61,143 bases of DNA, from assembly GCA_049472195.1 (NCBI GenBank), contig JBLIRG010000003.1, positions 1 to 61,143 of the forward strand, read 5' to 3'. This DNA comes from Thermoplasmatota archaeon (GTDB lineage: Archaea; Thermoplasmatota; Penumbrarchaeia; Penumbrarchaeales; Penumbrarchaeaceae). The notes under the pieces were generated by a model that saw only the letters and a list, made by a program, of their open reading frames with translations, was not told where the DNA came from and did not search any database. This document shows, in pieces, positions 58,457 to 61,143 of this stretch. Position numbers and translations under genes: made by a program. How positions within the stretch are numbered: position 1 is the first letter of the stretch; every line of letters starts with the position of its first letter.

Positions 58457-61143
58457 CTACAGATCTTCCAGCAAAACGATGGTATCTCCCACCGAGATGT
58501 GATCGACGTGCTTCCCCTTGAATGTCCAATCCCTCTCTATCTCGACCATGTCGGGGGTGAGTTCCACATCCCCTCCGCCGTCCCTGGGATCAAACACGAT
58601 CCTTCCGTTCCTCTCCAGATCCGCTGCTAGATCGATCGAAGCGGAGGGATCTTTCAGGACCGAGACTATGCTGGCCATCCTGTCTTTATACACGGGTCCG
58701 AGAGCTCTGAACACCGGTTTCAGACCGGAGATCTGAAGCGACAGGTCCTCTGAGCTCTCCATCGTGACCTCCGATGACCTCAATGTTCCTTTGATATCCT
58801 CGAGCGATCCCAGGACATCATCGCCCTTCTCGCTTATCAATCTCAAAGGTCCCATTTCCGATCCGAGAGAGATCTTGTTATCCGCCTTCCATCTCCTTAC
58901 CGCCCTTATTATCTCGGATACATGCAGGCCCATCCTGAAGCCGTCCTCATCATCCAGGACGGGTTCGGGCCACCCGGAGATGTGAACGGACCTATCGCCC
59001 TCTGATCCGACGTAATATGACTGGTATACTTCCTCGGCTATATGCGGTAGGAACGGAGCAAGCATCTTGACAATGCCCAGACCGAGGGTGTAAAGGGTGT
59101 ATATGACGCTCCGGTCTCCGGAACCTATCCGGTGTTTTGCCATCTCCAGATAGTGATCAGCGGCCTCGAGCCACATGAAATCCACCGCGGCCTTCACTGT
59201 CTTGTCGAACTGATATGTATCGGCTGCTTCCGTCGCTTCCTCGACCACCCTTGAATACCTGTGAAGGATCCACCGGTCAACGGGCCTCAGAAGGTCGGAA
59301 TTGGATGAGAACTCGTCGAGCAGGTCCCTTATCTCCTCGGGGGTCATCTCCTTGAATGAACTGTACATCAGCCTCTCCATGTTGTACAGCTTTCTAACAA
59401 CCTGGGCCCCCCTCTTCACATCCTTTATCCTGAAGGGATGATCCTTTCCCAGGGTGCAGGTCGCGGCGTAGTATCTTATCGGATCCGCCCCGAACTCGCG
59501 GTGGTACTCAAGGGGATCGACGGCATTTCCCTTGGATGCATGCATCGGGGTTCCATCGGGTGCAAGTATGAATCCACCCATCATTATGCTGGTCCATGGT
59601 CTTCCCCCGGCAAGCTTCAAACCTCTCACGAGGGAATAGAAGGCCCAGGTCCTGATGATGTCGTGGGACTGCGGTCTGAGGGACATAGGATAGTACTTCC
59701 TGAACATCTCCTCATCCCGGAGCCAATAGCTGTTGTAGAGCGGGGTGATCGAGGAATCCATCCACGTGTCGAAAACCTCCTCGGATCCCTTCAGCTCCCC
59801 GCCGCATTTCGGACATGATTCGACAGGGGGTCTGTCAATGGTCGGATCGACGTAACAGGCATCTTCTTCGGCCAGCACAGGTTCGCCGCATCTCGAGCAC
59901 TCCCAAACCGGGATCGGGGTGGCGAAGTACCTCTGCCTTGAAATGACCCAGTCCCAGGAAAGCGAGTTCACCCACTCCCGAAGCCTGACCTTCATGAATT
60001 CCGGATACCACTCCACCTCGTCAGCGGCTGCCAGGACCTCATCCTTCATGTCGAGGATCCTTAGGAACCACTGGGGAACCTGCAGATATTCTATCGTTGT
60101 ATGGCATCTCCAGCAGGTTCCCACATTCTGGGGGTTGTCCTCCTGTTTCACGAGAATCCCATCCGCCCTCATGTCCTCGATGACGGCATTCCTGGCATCC
60201 TTGAGGTCCATTCCCTCGTACTTCCCCGCGATCGAGGTCATGCGTCCTCTCTCGTCTATGCCTTTCTGCAGTTCGAGATCGTACTTGAACACCCATCTCA
60301 GGTCCTCCTTGTCCCCGATCGTGCAGATCATAACGACGCCGGATCCGAAATTCCTCTCCACGACCTCGTCGGCAACAACAGGGATCTCCCTTCCGAAAAC
60401 GGGCGTTATCATTGTCTTCCCGACCAGATCGGCATACCTCTCATCATCCGGATGAACAGCCACAAGCTGGCAGGTGCAGAGCAGTTCCGGTCTCGTCGTT
60501 GCGATCTCGACCGATCTTCCGCCCTCATCCTTCACCTTGAAAAGGATGGTGTTCAGCTTGGTGATGTTGTCCCTGTACTCCACCTCGGATTCCGCAAGTG
60601 CGGTGGAACATCTCGGACACCAGTTAACCGGATGATTGGCCTTGAATATCCTTCCGGATTCGAACAGCTTGATGAACGATATCTGGGTGAGCCTCCTGTA
60701 GTATTTCGCATCGGTCTGATAGTAGACCGAGGGATCCATCGACTCGCCGAAGATCCTGAACTGCCGGGTCATCTCGCCGATATTCGAATTAGCGAACTCC
60801 TCGCAGAGCTTGATGAACTCGTGCCTGTCATATTCCCTCATATGAATGTTGTACTTCTTCTCGACACGGACCTCGATGGGCATGCCGTTAACATCGAAAC
60901 ACAGCGGGAACATCACGTTCTTTCCCTTCATCCTCTGATATCTCGCAACGAAATCGATATGCGTGTAATGGACAGCGTGACCGGCATGGAGCGGCCCGGA
61001 GGCGTATCTCGGCGGATTGTCTATGGTGAACGGCTCCTTGTCCGAATGGGGATCGAACCTGTATACCTCTTCCCGGTCCCAGAATTCCTGCCATTTCTCC
61101 TCAACGGCATGGATGTTGTACCCCGAATCACCCGATTCTCCAT
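58457..61143 (-). CDS. valS: Valyl-tRNA synthetase (archaeal type), 5' end cut by the window edge
   Basis: Frame open to the edge: YNIHAVEEKWQ...IDNPPRYASGPLHAGH; ATTRPEL, WVISRQRYFATPIP, FDTWMDSS, DIIRTW. Confidence 0.94.
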   Translation of the reverse strand, partial: GESGDSGYNIHAVEEKWQEFWDREEVYRFDPHSDKEPFTIDNPPRYASGPLHAGHAVHYTHIDFVARYQRMKGKNVMFPLCFDVNGMPIEVRVEKKYNIHMREYDRHEFIKLCEEFANSNIGEMTRQFRIFGESMDPSVYYQTDAKYYRRLTQISFIKLFESGRIFKANHPVNWCPRCSTALAESEVEYRDNITKLNTILFKVKDEGGRSVEIATTRPELLCTCQLVAVHPDDERYADLVGKTMITPVFGREIPVVADEVVERNFGSGVVMICTIGDKEDLRWVFKYDLELQKGIDERGRMTSIAGKYEGMDLKDARNAVIEDMRADGILVKQEDNPQNVGTCWRCHTTIEYLQVPQWFLRILDMKDEVLAAADEVEWYPEFMKVRLREWVNSLSWDWVISRQRYFATPIPVWECSRCGEPVLAEEDACYVDPTIDRPPVESCPKCGGELKGSEEVFDTWMDSSITPLYNSYWLRDEEMFRKYYPMSLRPQSHDIIRTWAFYSLVRGLKLAGGRPWTSIMMGGFILAPDGTPMHASKGNAVDPLEYHREFGADPIRYYAATCTLGKDHPFRIKDVKRGAQVVRKLYNMERLMYSSFKEMTPEEIRDLLDEFSSNSDLLRPVDRWILHRYSRVVEEATEAADTYQFDKTVKAAVDFMWLEAADHYLEMAKHRIGSGDRSVIYTLYTLGLGIVKMLAPFLPHIAEEVYQSYYVGSEGDRSVHISGWPEPVLDDEDGFRMGLHVSEIIRAVRRWKADNKISLGSEMGPLRLISEKGDDVLGSLEDIKGTLRSSEVTMESSEDLSLQISGLKPVFRALGPVYKDRMASIVSVLKDPSASIDLAADLERNGRIVFDPRDGGGDVELTPDMVEIERDWTFKGKHVDHISVGDTIVLLEDL

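Noticed and set aside
61141-61143. Terminal ATG on the minus strand as the valS start
   Set aside because: Out of frame with the ValRS reading frame, which stays open to the edge; the gene is simply truncated by the window

Overview
A 61 kb, densely coding archaeal chromosome segment. It is most consistent with an uncultured Thermoplasmatota lineage; this is inferred from archaeal-type rpS19e/L39e/L31e/aIF6, alpha2 EndA, class I CCA enzyme, LonB, archaetidylserine genes and split transketolase plus transaldolase. Housekeeping content covers tRNA processing and modification (rnz, taw2, endA, cca, valS), a ribosomal protein operon, lipid synthesis (asd, pssA, uppS), TrkAH, a NikR-like regulator facing a ZnuABC-type metal ABC operon with glutaredoxin and FTR, non-oxidative pentose phosphate genes, HycI, and a complete Mrp-linked membrane-bound [NiFe] hydrogenase (Mbh, group 4d-like) with MbhE-F and MbhH-I fusions. 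The most distinctive feature is six very large single-pass surface proteins occupying about a third of the window. They are an integrin-alpha-like FG-GAP propeller protein, a CRTAC1/ASPIC-like propeller protein, a clostripain on a six-PKD stalk, an unrecognised three-repeat protein, a heavily glycosylatable S-layer candidate with a long structured leader and strong terminator, and a cadherin-like DNDxP repeat rod; several have long cytoplasmic tails. Other oddities are a cca gene split by a -1 frameshift at T-TTC-CCA, a ValRS with PMHAS in place of KMSKS, a multi-hairpin intergenic element, and palindromes over several TATA boxes. No CRISPR array, intact tRNA/rRNA gene or mobile element was found. 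All calls are from reading motifs by eye; no database searches were run.
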